A stretch of 64,000 nt of DNA. It comes from Octopus sinensis. Lineage: Eukaryota. Shown piece by piece: positions 13,490-25,782 of the stretch. The first letter of the stretch is position 1; each line of letters starts with the position of its first letter. The DNA lies in NCBI RefSeq assembly GCF_006345805.1, contig NC_043004.1, positions 45,446,001 to 45,510,000 of the forward strand, in the 5' to 3' direction. The notes under the pieces are model-generated. The model was not told where the DNA came from, searched no databases, and saw only the letters and a list, made by a program, of their open reading frames with translations. Both the position numbers and the translations under genes were made by a program.

Positions 13490-14304
13490 TATCTATATAT
13501 ATACATATATATCATATATATATATATAACCTTAGTACCCCATCATCAGATCAGAATCAGTCTTATGCATTTGCTGGTGTGGTGTTTGGTGGTGAAGGGG
13601 TGTACAGGAGGGGGGCGGAATAGTACAGAGAGTATCAGTAATGTACTAGGTCCGATTTAATCGATCAATCAATCATTTCTACCTCCTCTACCACACGTGC
13701 CTTGCTTTTGCCTGCATAAGAAATCAATGTTATCATCATCATCATCCATCGTCATCATTGTCGTTGTTGTTGTGAAATTTTATATTGTTGTTGTTATTAT
13801 TATTATTATTATTGATGATGATAATAATAACGCTATAGACGTTGTTGTTGTGATTCAGCTTAATAGCTGACTATGTGGTGCGATAAATGTTATCTATTCT
13901 TCAAAAGCACTATCTCTGACATTTTTCATGTTAATATTCACATAAACAGAACTATAATGTGAACTAACACCAGCATCAGAATAATGGTTCGAAAGGCTGT
14001 TTGAGAAAAGCGGGGAGGAAAAAATAATAATAAACTTACCTAGTTATCGATTCACTTTATGCTATGCCAGAGAGGCAGAGAGAGAGAGAGAAAATGAAGC
14101 ACTTGCCGTGGACCGTCCTTTCATTGTTCACCACTGCTGGCGTCGGTAGAGAGGGTGGCTTAATATTTTATGATGTTTTGTCCACTTCAACACAATTCTT
14201 GATTGTAATCTTGCAATGAGCGGCTTCTGCCCATAAAAACCAGTCCAATAGAAGTTTCTGTTCCTATTCTCTATAATCTGCGGAGGGCTAATCACATGTT
14301 GCTA

Positions 14305-14709
14305 TCTTTCATATATGTGTGTGTCTGTGTGTGTCTGTGTATACATATGTGTGTGTATATAAATATGTGTGTGTATGTATATATGTGTGCGTATATGTAT
14401 ATATATATGTGTGTGTGTGTGTATATATATATTTATTAATATATGTGTGTGTATATGTATATATATATGTATGTATGTATATATATATATGTGTATATAT
14501 ATATGCATATATATATGTATATGTGTATATATATATGCATATATATATATGTGTATATAAATGTATGTATATATATATATGTGTATGTATATTTGCATGT
14601 ATATATATATATATGTATATGTGTGTATATATACATACATATATGTATATGCGTGTATATATATGTATGTATATATATATATATATATATGAATATATAT
14701 ATATATATA

Positions 14710-14753
<44 letters not shown>

Positions 14754-14755
14754 AT
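14305..14755. repeat. ~450-bp compound (TA)n/(TG)n microsatellite
   Basis: Directly visible; similar tracts at 12670-12860, 13210-13530, 31570-32130, 32900-33200, 37210-37470, 53020-53310. Confidence 0.95.
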
Positions 14756-15409
14756 TTCTTTTTATTTTATTTGAAATTTCATAAAAAATGTTTGTATCTT
14801 TAAATCTGTATTTTCATTTCACATGTTTGTTAGCAAACTAAATATAAGATTTGATAGACTTTCGCATTCCATCATGCCCAGGTGTCTTGTTAATATTTTA
14901 AACCTTGGAATAATGTAACTTTTTAAGTTGTAAATAATTCATCTTGGGGGAAAATCATATCATCACTTTTAAACTATCAAACCTCATCCTTCTTTTGATA
15001 TTCATGAAGATTGGCCACTTTTGAAGAATTGTTTGGATATTAGAAAAAATTTTTTTTTAAATGCTATTTGATTCAACTCTTCCTAAAATAACAAATTTGT
15101 TTTAATAAGTTCTCCTGAGTTTAGTCAGAGTTTGGAAACATCACATGGCATGTCTAACTGGGAAATTTTTATCAAAGTTGTCAGTATGTATATTAAAATA
15201 TTCTTTAGAACCATACTATGACAAATTGGTTGCTTCTCCTTCCCGTCCCTTTCAAAGAAGCACAACTTGGTAAAGTTCTCTGCATTGACTTTGTCTTGTA
15301 TAGAAATGATAGTGGCAACCCATCTAGAAAGCAGGCCATCATATACATGTACTCTGTATGTAAGTGCGTGTGTCCTTTTAATTTTCTACTAATTTATTTA
15401 TTCATTTAT

Positions 15410-15637
15410 TCATTTAGTCGTTTCAGTCATTTGACTGTGGCCATGCTGGAGCACCGCCTTTAGTCGAGGAAATCGACCCCAGGACTTATTCTTTGTAAGC
15501 CGAGTACTTATTCTATCAGTCTCTTTTGCCGAACCACAAAGTTACGGGGATGTAAACACACCAGCATCAGTTGTCAAGCGATGTTGGGGGTGGGGTGGGG
15601 GGACAAACACAGACACATAAACATATACACGCACACA

Positions 15638-15669
<32 letters not shown>

Positions 15670-15832
15670 CGACGGGCTTCTTTCAGTTTCCGTCTACCAA
15701 ATCCACTCACAAGGCTTTGGTTGGCCCGAGGCTATAGCAAAAGACACTTGCCCAAGGTGCCACGCAGTGGGACTGAGCCCGGAACCATGTGGTTGGTAAG
15801 CAAGCTACTTACCACACAGCCACTCCTATGCC
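15410..15832 (-). mobile_element. SINE family A, full length
   Basis: Reverse-complement match to family A. Confidence 0.9.
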
Positions 15833-16394
15833 TATAATTGTATACAAAGAAAAAAGAATGGATGAAACATGACCATTATGCTCACATTGATGTTTGTATA
15901 TAAGCAATTTCCATGCTTAAAAGCGACCCAGGGCAGGGTGGAAATATCAAACTGCTTGAAAATAGATGAGGGCTAGTGACAAGAAAAGAATCCTGCTGTA
16001 GAACTTCTACCTGAATGCATTTTATCTAATCTGTATAAGCATGGACAAGATAATGTTAAAACAATGATGATTAAGATGATGATGATTATCTTTATTTATT
16101 ATTAATTTTTCTCTGTGAATTATTTTGCTTAGTTTGGATAAAGTGGCTGATCTTATGGCCTTTGTAGGCCCCCTGCGACTGGAAAAATCAATAGGGTTAA
16201 CATTTCTCTTGCAAATAGTTGCAAGTTTTACCAGTAAGGGAAAATTAATCCCTGGATGTCTGAGGCTCTGGAGGTCAAAGAATGAGACTAGTGGTTAATT
16301 CAGGATCAAGCGGAGTGGACACAAATATGGATGATAATTAGAGAAGAGATGAATGAGGGGTTACAGTCTTTGGATAGCCTTTTATTCATTTTCG

Positions 16395-16618
16395 CATTTT
16401 ACTCATTTGACCGGAGCCATGCTGAACCACCCTGTTGAAGGGTTTTAGAAATCGACCCCAGAACTTATTCTTTGTAAGCCTAGTACTTGTTCTATCAGTC
16501 CCTTTTGCTGAACTGCTAAGTTACAAGGACATACACACACCAACATAAGTTGTCAAGCAATGGTGGGAGGACAAACACAGACACAAAGACGTACACACAA
16601 ATATATATACATACATAC

Positions 16619-16652
<34 letters not shown>

Positions 16653-16822
16653 ATTCACAACAGGCTTCTTTCAATTTCTGTGTACCAAATCCACTCACAA
16701 GGCTTTGGTTGGTATGAAGCTATAGTAGAAGACACATGGCGAAGGTGTCGCACAGTGGGGCTGAATCCGGAGCCATGTGGCTGGGATGCAAGCTTCTTAC
16801 CACACAGCCATACCTGCACACC
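16395..16822 (-). mobile_element. SINE family A, diverged
   Basis: Reverse-complement match to family A. Confidence 0.8.
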
Positions 16823-16836
16823 TATATGCAACTTAA

Positions 16837-17515
16837 CCCTTTAGTTTTCAAAGTATTCTGTAAAATGTAATGCTAGTTCATTCGCATTCTTTTGAATTGG
16901 CCATGCATTATCTTGCAGCTTCAAGATTTTGATGATGTAATTACTTTTACTCTTGTACTTGTTTCAGTTACTTGACTGCAGCCATGCTGGAGCACCACCT
17001 CAAAGGGCTTTTTTTAGTTGAAGAAATCAACCCTAGTACTTATTCTATCAGTCTCTTTTGCCAAGCTGCTAAGTTATGGGGGCCGTAAATACACCAATAT
17101 CAGTTGTCAATTGATGATGTGGGTAACAAACACAGACACAAAGTCATGCACACATATATATATATTCATATATGTGTATGTATATATATATATATATAAT
17201 CAAAATAAGCAACAAGAATAACTTCGGTAATTTGGTACAATCGTTTCACGCTACATCATTTTATTAAATGTTGTAAGTATTACAACAGTTTTAAAATGCT
17301 GAGCACTCAACAGCCATTAATAGAAGTTTTCCATTAATACATAATTTTCATATCAATTGATCACATTATAGAGAAGGTAGATATATAGACAAAGATGTAG
17401 ATTTAAATTTTAAGAACATTTGAGGTAGTAGAGTTTATCAACTGGCTGAAGAATATTCAGAATATTCAGTTGTTTTGAACTGCTAGAAGGTTTGGGAAGA
17501 ATGGTAGATGGAAAC

Positions 17516-17552
<37 letters not shown>

Positions 17553-18017
17553 TCACCATCACGTGACCGACCAGTCCGTCAGATGTAGTTGCACATCGCT
17601 GGTCACAATGCGTTCGCATTGTTTTACCCTTCGAATGACGCCATCCCGCTGGCTAAGCAAGCAGGCCAATATATATATACCACCAATATATATATTTGCT
17701 ATATATATATATATATACACATTATGGGCTTCTTTCAGTTTCCATCTACCAAATCCACTCACAAGGCTTTGGTCAGCCTGGGGCTATAGTAGAACACACT
17801 TGCTTAAGGTGCCACACAGTGGGACTGAACCCAGAACCATGTGGTTGGGAAATAATCTTCTTACCACACAGTCATGCCTGATTGTTTATTTTCAGAATGA
17901 CATTGAAGGATAGGTGTGTGAGGTTTATTCTTTTTTTATGTTCAAAATCTGGCCAGTTTGAACATAAAATAAGCAAAGTATTCGGGCCGGATATGTCTGG
18001 TTTAAATGCAGAAAGGG
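16837..18017. mobile_element. piggyBac-like MITE interrupted by nested insertions
   Basis: TTAA|CCCTTTAG ... GAAAGGG|TTAA; internal sequence matches the uninterrupted copy at 46586-46805; a split SINE A occupies 16955-17878. Confidence 0.8.
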
Positions 18018-19237
18018 TTAAAGGCAAATAGCCAATGGCTTATTTTATTTTCGTTTTTATTTTTAGTTGGCACATGTGGAATCTGTATGAAATTTTTAAG
18101 AAAGCAGCCAACCAGACTTTGTAATAATCTTTGCCAGTTTTATCACTACTTCCAGCCTATTTATCAGATGTCTGCTTTGTAAATATCCATATGTTATTCA
18201 AATTTCCACCTACAGGTATACATGACCAAGTGAATATCGAGTCTTAGAAATTCAAAGATGGTGATGATAATCACAATCATGATTCTCTGTTGGTCTTTGA
18301 ATAATTGCTCTTCTCAAAATAAAGAGTCAAAGTGATTAAGTGTGTGTCTGTCTTTTCCTCCTCTCACTTCTTGTCTTCTTTTTATTATTATAATAAAAGC
18401 AGCTAGCTGGCAGAATCATTTGCTCACCAGACAAAATACTCTGCAGCTTTTCACCCATCTTTACATTTTGTGTTAAAATTGTGCATAGGTCAACTTTGCC
18501 CCTTTCATCCTTTTGGTGTTGGTGGAATACCAGTCGAATATTGGAACTGATGTAATTAATTATATTTTTCTCGTTAGCTCGCAAAAAACTTAGTGGTATT
18601 TCTTCTGTCATTACGTTCTGAGTTCAAATTCTTCCGAGGTCAACTTTGCCTTTCATCCTTTTGGGGTCGATAAATAAAGTACCAGTTTCGCACTGGGAGT
18701 GATATAATCGACTCGATCCCTTCATCTGTCCTTGTTTGTCTCCTCTATGTTTAGCCCCTTGTGGGCAGTAAAGAAATATATATTTTTCTCACAAAATTTC
18801 AGGTCTTATTCTTATAGCAGTAAGGACTATTTTTCTGAAGGGTGGTGGATTAATGAAAGCATTAGTGTCTTGGATAAAATACTTTGTGATAATTCCTCCA
18901 GCTCTTTATGTTCTGAATTCAAAACCTGCCATGGTCAACCTTACTTTCAGATTTGTGGGGTCAAATAAAGTACCATTCAAATAATAGGATCAGCATAATT
19001 GACTAACCCCTTCCTTAGTATTTCAGGTCTTGTGTACTTGTTAAAAACAATTATTATTGTTACAGTGGATTGACAGAATTTTAGAGCATTGGACAAAATA
19101 TCATATGATATTTGTTCTGGCCCTTTAGGTTTGGTGTTCAAATCCAGTCTTTCAGAGCTGATAAAATAAGTATCAGTCAAATATTAGGATCATCTTACTG
19201 TTGTATATTTTAGAAATGAGGAATTCTGTACACTATT

Positions 19238-19471
19238 TACATTATTTACATTGGACGGATATGTGTCCTCATCCTGTTTGTTGTTGCCATGATGTTTCGG
19301 CTGATTTACTCTCCAGCCTTCTTCAGGTGTCCAGGTGGAATTTTGAGAACCCAGGGTTGGGTTCAAAATTCTACCTGGACACCTGTTGATGGCTGGAGAG
19401 TAAATCGGCCAAAATGTTGTGGTAACAACAAACAAGATGAGGACACATATCCGTCCAATGTAAATAATGTA
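19238..19471. mobile_element. Palindromic element made of two head-to-head hammerhead-bearing tails
   Basis: ~110-bp inverted arms; each arm is homologous to 43125-43246. Confidence 0.8.
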
Positions 19472-19946
19472 GAACCACCTTTATTGACTTATCCCTGCCC
19501 ATTGGATTTCTGATCATTGTCCTAGGTAAGAAATACTTAGAAAGTGTTAGAATCATTTTCATCATCATCATCATCATTATCATGGCAGGGGAGAAGCATA
19601 AGCATTAGATCATCAGTAAAAATGCCTTGCCATATTTGTAGTAGCGCCTTGCATTGTCTTCAGTTCACACCAGGGTCGACTTTAACTTTCATCCCTCTGG
19701 GATTGATAAAATAAAATAGTATCCCAGTATGAGGGGTGATAACAACTTATCCCTTCCCTTCTCAATTCACAGCCCTGTACCTAAATCATCATCATTATAA
19801 TCATTATAATTATTATTAGGAAGGGCATCCAGCTCTGGAAACACAGCCAAACCAGACTGGAATTTGGTGCAGCTCTCCAGCTTACCAGTTCTAGTCAAAC
19901 CATCTAACCCATGCCAGCATGGAAAGTGGACGGTAAATGATGATGA

Positions 19947-19979
<33 letters not shown>

Positions 19980-19993
19980 CATCATCATCATCA

Positions 19994-20031
<38 letters not shown>

Positions 20032-22230
20032 TATTATTATTATTATTATTAAACCAGTGAGTTGGCAAAATTGTTTAGCATGCCAGACAAAATGCTTAGT
20101 GCCGTTTCATCCGTCTTTACGTTCTGAGTTCAAATTTCGCTGAAGCCAGTTTTCCCTTTCATCCTTCTGAGGGCGATAAAATAAGCACCAGTTGAGCACT
20201 TGGGTCTATGTAATCGACTGGCCACCCCCACCCCCACCTCAGCCACCTCTTAAATTTCAGGCCTTGAGCTTATATTAGAAAGATTTGCTTTTATTATCAT
20301 TAAGGTGGCAAGCTGGCAGAATAATTAGCATGCCAGACAAAGTGATTAGTGGCATTTTATACACCGTTATGTTCCAAGTTCAAGTTCTGCCTAGGTCAAC
20401 TTACTGTCTCATATTTTCAGGGTCAGTATAATAAATATCACACAAGTACTGAGGTCAATGTAATTGTCTTCCCCAACCCTTAAAAAAATATATATATATA
20501 AAAAAACTGCTGGCCCTGTCAAAAACTGGAACCATTATTATTATATTTTATTCTTAGGGCTCGGACAGGTAGGTAGAATCATTAGACCATCAGGAAAACA
20601 GAAAAAAAACTGCCTGGTGGTATTTATTCCAGTTCTTTACATTCAGAGTTCAGCTTTCACCAAGACCAACTTTTGGGGTGAATAAAATGAAGTAAAGTAC
20701 CTGTCAAAAACCATGATTGATTTAATTGTCTATCACCCTCTCCATAAAATTTCAGACTTTATGCCTATATGTCTAGTCTTCTCATCCTGTCTACTTCCCC
20801 TCTATCTTCATTATCGTTATTGTTCTGTTTATTTTTTTTTTTTTTTTACCATCTATTTCCATTATTATCTATCTTCTCCTTTCAACGCTATCAACTTGTC
20901 ACATGTACCTTACTACTTTAAATTAGTACTAAATAGAAGTAAACAACTCAGTCGCAGTTCATGTCAGTGCCCAAAGTAATAACCTGCTTGTAAAGTCTCC
21001 AGTGTACACCGAACGTCTAAATGTGAAAGACATCTCTGTTTCCATATGATACTCTCTCGAGTGACATTACTTCAATTCATTTCAAATCATCCAATCATTA
21101 GCAGCACTGTCCCCCAGACTTTGTCTGCCTGAATTTGCAAAGATGCCAATGGAAAACAACAATTGTGAGAACTGCAAGTAATTTCTTGTCCAGCAATTAC
21201 TTCTCACGTTTAATTGACAGATAATTTTGAGTTGATTAACTGCAAAAGGAATTAATTACTAACTTACAAATTACAAAGTTATACAGAGTTGTTGATGCTC
21301 GGGCATGGCGGTTTAGTTAAGAGGTGTACTTTACCACCACCACCTAGGTTCTGGGTCTGATCTTACTGTGGGGCATTTCATAGAAGGATCTTCCACCAGA
21401 TCTATGATTTGACTGAATAATTTGCGATTGGAATTTGGTAGCTAAGAATTTTAAAGAAGCCCATTATTTTACGCACACACACACACACACACACACTTAC
21501 ATGCTTGGCTATGTGGTTAAGATGTTTACTTTTCAACCATGTGGTTTTAGGTTCAATCCCATTGTGTGGCACCTTGGGTAGTTTTCATGCTGCTTTGTAA
21601 GTACAGCCAGCTCTGTATCCTGGTCACTGCCATCGCAGTGATTCAATCAGCCTAAATAATCAATACATACTGAAATGGAAAGAGGTCATTATAGGACATG
21701 GAACAGATGTTTGATGATGGTGATGATTATGATGATTATAATGGGCATGTGTGTGGCTGTGTGATTAAGAAACTTGCTTCCCAACCATCTGGTCTCTGGT
21801 CCAGTCCTCTCTGCACAGCACCTTGAGCAAGTATCTTTTACTATAGCCCCTGAGCCAACCAAAGCCTTCTGTATGGCCATCATATATGTATGTGTGTATG
21901 TTTGCTTGTGATGTTGTTTTTCGAGTCTTACGAGAAAAATATATCTGGCTCGGAAACGGATGAAGATTGTTGAAGAAGGGTACCTTGCTATAGAAATCTT
22001 GCCTCAGCAAAATTCCATTTGACCATGCAAGCATGGAAAAGTTGCCATAAGTTAATTCCATTGTGTGTGTGTGTGTGTGCACGTGCATGCATGTGAGCAG
22101 CAAATTGTCTGAGTTATTGGAGTGTTGGATAAAATGCCTTGCAATATTTATTTGGGCTCTTATGTTCCGAGTTGAAATCCCAGCATAAGCAACTTCATCT
22201 TTCATCTTTCCAGGATTGCAAGATAAAGTA

Positions 22231-23681
22231 CACGTGTGGGCTGAAAAGTTCATAGGCTGACTATGAAGGAGTGATGCTGGAAAATTTGAAATTTGGCATG
22301 CTTTACTTTCAATTTCAAAAGTATCTAGTAGCAACTTCTCTTGAAAATTTCACAAAATTTGGCATTGTGGTGGTATCAAGTACCTGTAGAAAAAGAGTTT
22401 AGCTCCCAAGGACATTCATACTGACATGGTTGCTACTGTAGGGAATAATGCTCTAGCTTTTTCAAAAGTGCAAAAGTAGGCAGCTGAATTTAGGAGAGAA
22501 AGGAAAATCTTGAAAATGACCCTAAGTCTAGACACCTTGCAACTACCACCACCGAGGAAAACCTTGCTTGTCTTCACCACTTAGTGATAGATAACAGGCG
22601 ATTGGTTATAAATCAAATAGCCGATGCTGTTAGTGTATACCTTGAGAGAGTTGAGAATATTCTGAACAATGAACTTGGCACGATGAGGGTTTCTTCTTAG
22701 CAAGTGCCAAGTCTTTGATATCTGATCAAAAGTGCACCAGGCTGATCACATCACAAAAAATCTGGCGTTGTTGGAGGCAAATCCATCTGGTTTTCTTGAA
22801 CATTTCCTGTTCCAAAGAAAGCCAAGATTATTTTATCTTCAGAGGTGATGGCCTTAGTTTTTTTTATAATGCAACAGGCATTCTGTTTATTGACTGTACC
22901 TAGAAGGACCACACCATCAATGGAGAGCATAACTTGTTGAAGTAGCTATGAAAGACTGTTGGATCTTGTTTCATCAGGACAATACTCTATCACACAAGTT
23001 CTTGGTTTCCGTTGCTGCTATGTGTGACTGTAGCCTTGAACTGGTTAATCACCCTCCCTATTCCCTTGATTTATCCCTATTTGATGATCATCTCTTGAAA
23101 AACGCCGCCGCCGTGGTGATCTCATTCTCGCCCACAACATCATAAGCGGAAAGTGTAACCTCTCGAAAGAGCTGTTCTTCACTCCTGCTCCAGAGCGTCG
23201 GCTGCGGGGTCATTCCGAAAAGCTCTACCTGCGACGATTTCATCTCAATCGAAGGAGAGGAGCTTTCTCCGTCCGGGTTGTGGATCCGTGGAATAAGCTG
23301 CCAGACGAGATGGTGAAGATGCCGACGACCGCTTTGTTCAAAGCCTCCCTGGACCTCAAGTGGCCTGAACTCTTTACATGAACACCACCCTGTACTTAAC
23401 TCCATGTCCCCCTACATGGCCTTGCTATTTGCTTTTGAGCCAAATTAACTAACTAACTAACTAACATCTGTTCTCCATTATGAAAGAACATCTGGCTGGG
23501 CACCATTATCATAGTGATGATGTCATATCTGCTTTTGATGGCTGTTTTGACCAACAGAATGAAAGCTTCTTCAATGTAACACTTAGGACACTTAGGGAAG
23601 AAATATGTGGACTGAAACCTTATTTGGTCACTTTTCATGAGAGTGTCTTAGTTAGCCTATGAACTTTTCATCCAACTCTTG
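22231..23681 (+). mobile_element. Decayed full-length mariner transposon
   Basis: TA TSDs; TIRs sharing TGAAAAGTTCATAGGCT; translation includes FHQDN and HPPYSLDLSLFDDHL (cf. HPPYSPDLAPSD). Confidence 0.9.
23094..23464 (+). mobile_element. CR1-clade LINE 3' end nested in the mariner
   Basis: Open frame 23094-23381: LEKRRRRGDLI...LRGH...FSVRVVDPWNKLP...FKASLD; (TAAC)n tail; flanking CATCT duplication. Confidence 0.85.
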
Positions 23682-24426
23682 TACAATTCTTGGGTGGTGG
23701 GCTAGTTGAATTATTAGACAGGCATTTGCGAGGTATTTGTTCGAGCACTCTTCTTTCTGATTTCAAATCTAGTTCGGCCTAATTCCATAGTAGACATAAT
23801 CCTCCTCATCATCATTATCATCTTCCAACATGGTTGAACAACCCAGTCAGGGTTCACAGAATAATTGACTTTTACACCTAATTCTGAGGCTTGATTCAGC
23901 TGCACTATTTGTCCTTTTAATTGCTGGATACAAACCGTGACTTACAAGGGCTACATTTGGGTGATTTTTCTTGAGTCACCATCTCACTTTTCTAAGTTCC
24001 TTTCTCTCTTTTGTTCTTTCTATGTGCAACATACTCTTCCTCTTTTCTTCCTATTTTCACTTCTTGCTCAGTATTAGATGGCTGTTAATTCTCCTCCCGA
24101 GTTCCTCCACACTTTGTCAGGTTTTGTTTGCAGTGTCCAATAATTACCCTCCTAGTCGAGCAAGCATGGTGGGGTTTGCTGGTTTAGTTGTAGATGACCC
24201 GACCATGTGATAGGTTGTACAGGATTACATGTTGCAATTAGTACACAAGAGTGACCTGTACTTAGGCTTAATCTGCCACCTAGTTTCATAAAACCACCTG
24301 GTCCCTAGGTGTTACTATCAGAGTCCACTATTGTAAGCGTTTGAGCCAGTTCTTCATTTTAAGTATTCCTTACTCCTTTACTTCTGATGAATCAATATAC
24401 ATACATATATATGTGTGTGTGTGTAT

Positions 24427-24487
24427 TTATGTATATAGTACACACATTTATGTATATAGTACACACATTTATGTATATAGTACACAC
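24427..24487. repeat. 21-bp minisatellite, about 3 copies
   Basis: TTATGTATATAGTACACACAT repeated in tandem. Confidence 0.85.
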
Positions 24488-25211
24488 GGACATTCCCTGA
24501 GTACACATATACACACATTCATATAAATTATGTATCTATGTAAGCTGTATTTCTGTACATTGCCATGTGTGTGCATGCTTTCTGTGACAAACCCTGTGAA
24601 TGTGTATGCATTTACATGTATTGGCTTCAGTGTGTGCAAATACAAAAAGCAAATACAGAGATTTGTGTTGGCTGTCAACCAATCACACTTAATTTGAAAC
24701 TAATATCAATGTCTATAGATATTGTATTGTTTGTCTCCCATCTACAGTCTAGCCAATCAACAAACTTAATTCAATTTTTGACTGAATTTAAACTGCCAAA
24801 ACAGACATAATTTCATTGTTAAGACTACAATATATTATTGTCCTTATCTAACCAAAGCACTATTTCGCAGCATTGTTATTAGTCCATTACCACCAACAGT
24901 GCCTCCACTATCCATATTTATCAGTGCTTCATTTAATTCTTATTAAATTTTGCAACTGGTGTACTTCCATTAGGCCTTAATGAACAAATGCTAAATACAT
25001 TTATTGACTGTTTGAACATTTTAAATTGAGACAGAATACTTGGTCAGCAGTTTTCTAAAGATGCATTACTACAGAATTCGGAATATCTCCATATCCAAAG
25101 CACCTGTATAGCCATGCAGTTAAGGAGTTTGGTTCACAACAGTTCCAGTTTTCATGTGACATCTTTGGACAAGTGTCTGCACTAAAAGTATTGCATTTTC
25201 CAATGCCTTAT

Positions 25212-25462
25212 GTGGAGGCGTGTGGCTTAGTGGTTAGGGTGTCAGCAACATGATCGTAAGATTGTTGTTTCGATTCCTGGATTGGGCGACGCGTTGTGTT
25301 CTTGACCAAAACACTTCATTTCCCGTTGCTCCAGTCCACTCAGCTGGCAAAAATGAGTAACGCTGCGATGGGCTGGCGTCCCATCCAGCTGGGGAACACA
25401 TACGCCATAAAAACCGAGAAACTGGACCCATGAGCCTGGCTAGGCTTTAAAAAGGGCACATT
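25212..25462 (+). mobile_element. tRNA-derived CORE-like SINE family D
   Basis: TGGCTTAGTGG A box, TTCGATTCC B box, TTGACCAAAACACTTCATTTC core; homologous to 46259-46456 and ~41225-41340. Confidence 0.85.
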
Positions 25463-25472
25463 TGTTTATTTT

Positions 25473-25782
25473 GTGGAGGCACATGGCCTAGTGGTTAGAG
25501 CAGTGGACTAGTGGTCGACAGATCGCAGGTTCGAATCTCAGACCGGGTGATGTGTGTGTTTATGAGCGAAAACACCTAAGCTCCATGCAGCTCCAGCAGA
25601 AGGTAATGGCGAACTTCCGCTGACTCTTTCGCCACAACTTTCTCTCACTCTTTCCTCCTGCATCTTGCAGCTCACCTGTGATGGACCGGCGTCCCGTCCA
25701 GGTGGAGAACCTATACGCCAAGAAACCGGAAAACCAGCCCTTATGAGCCAGGAATGGCTCGAGAAGGAACAAACAAACAAAA
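25473..25782 (+). mobile_element. SINE family C, in tandem behind family D
   Basis: A box TGGCCTAGTGG, B box GTTCGAATCT, (AAAC)n tail; matches 10137-10420. Confidence 0.9.

Noticed and set aside
12628-14774. Many ORFs rich in Y/I/H/T/C/V (also at 31476-33364, 37188-37637, 39160-39526, 52896-53325)
   Set aside because: They are translations of dinucleotide microsatellites, open only because the repeats lack stops
25473-25550. tRNA gene calls for A/B-box segments (here and in other SINE heads)
   Set aside because: No complete cloverleaf was evident, and each continues into a repeated SINE body
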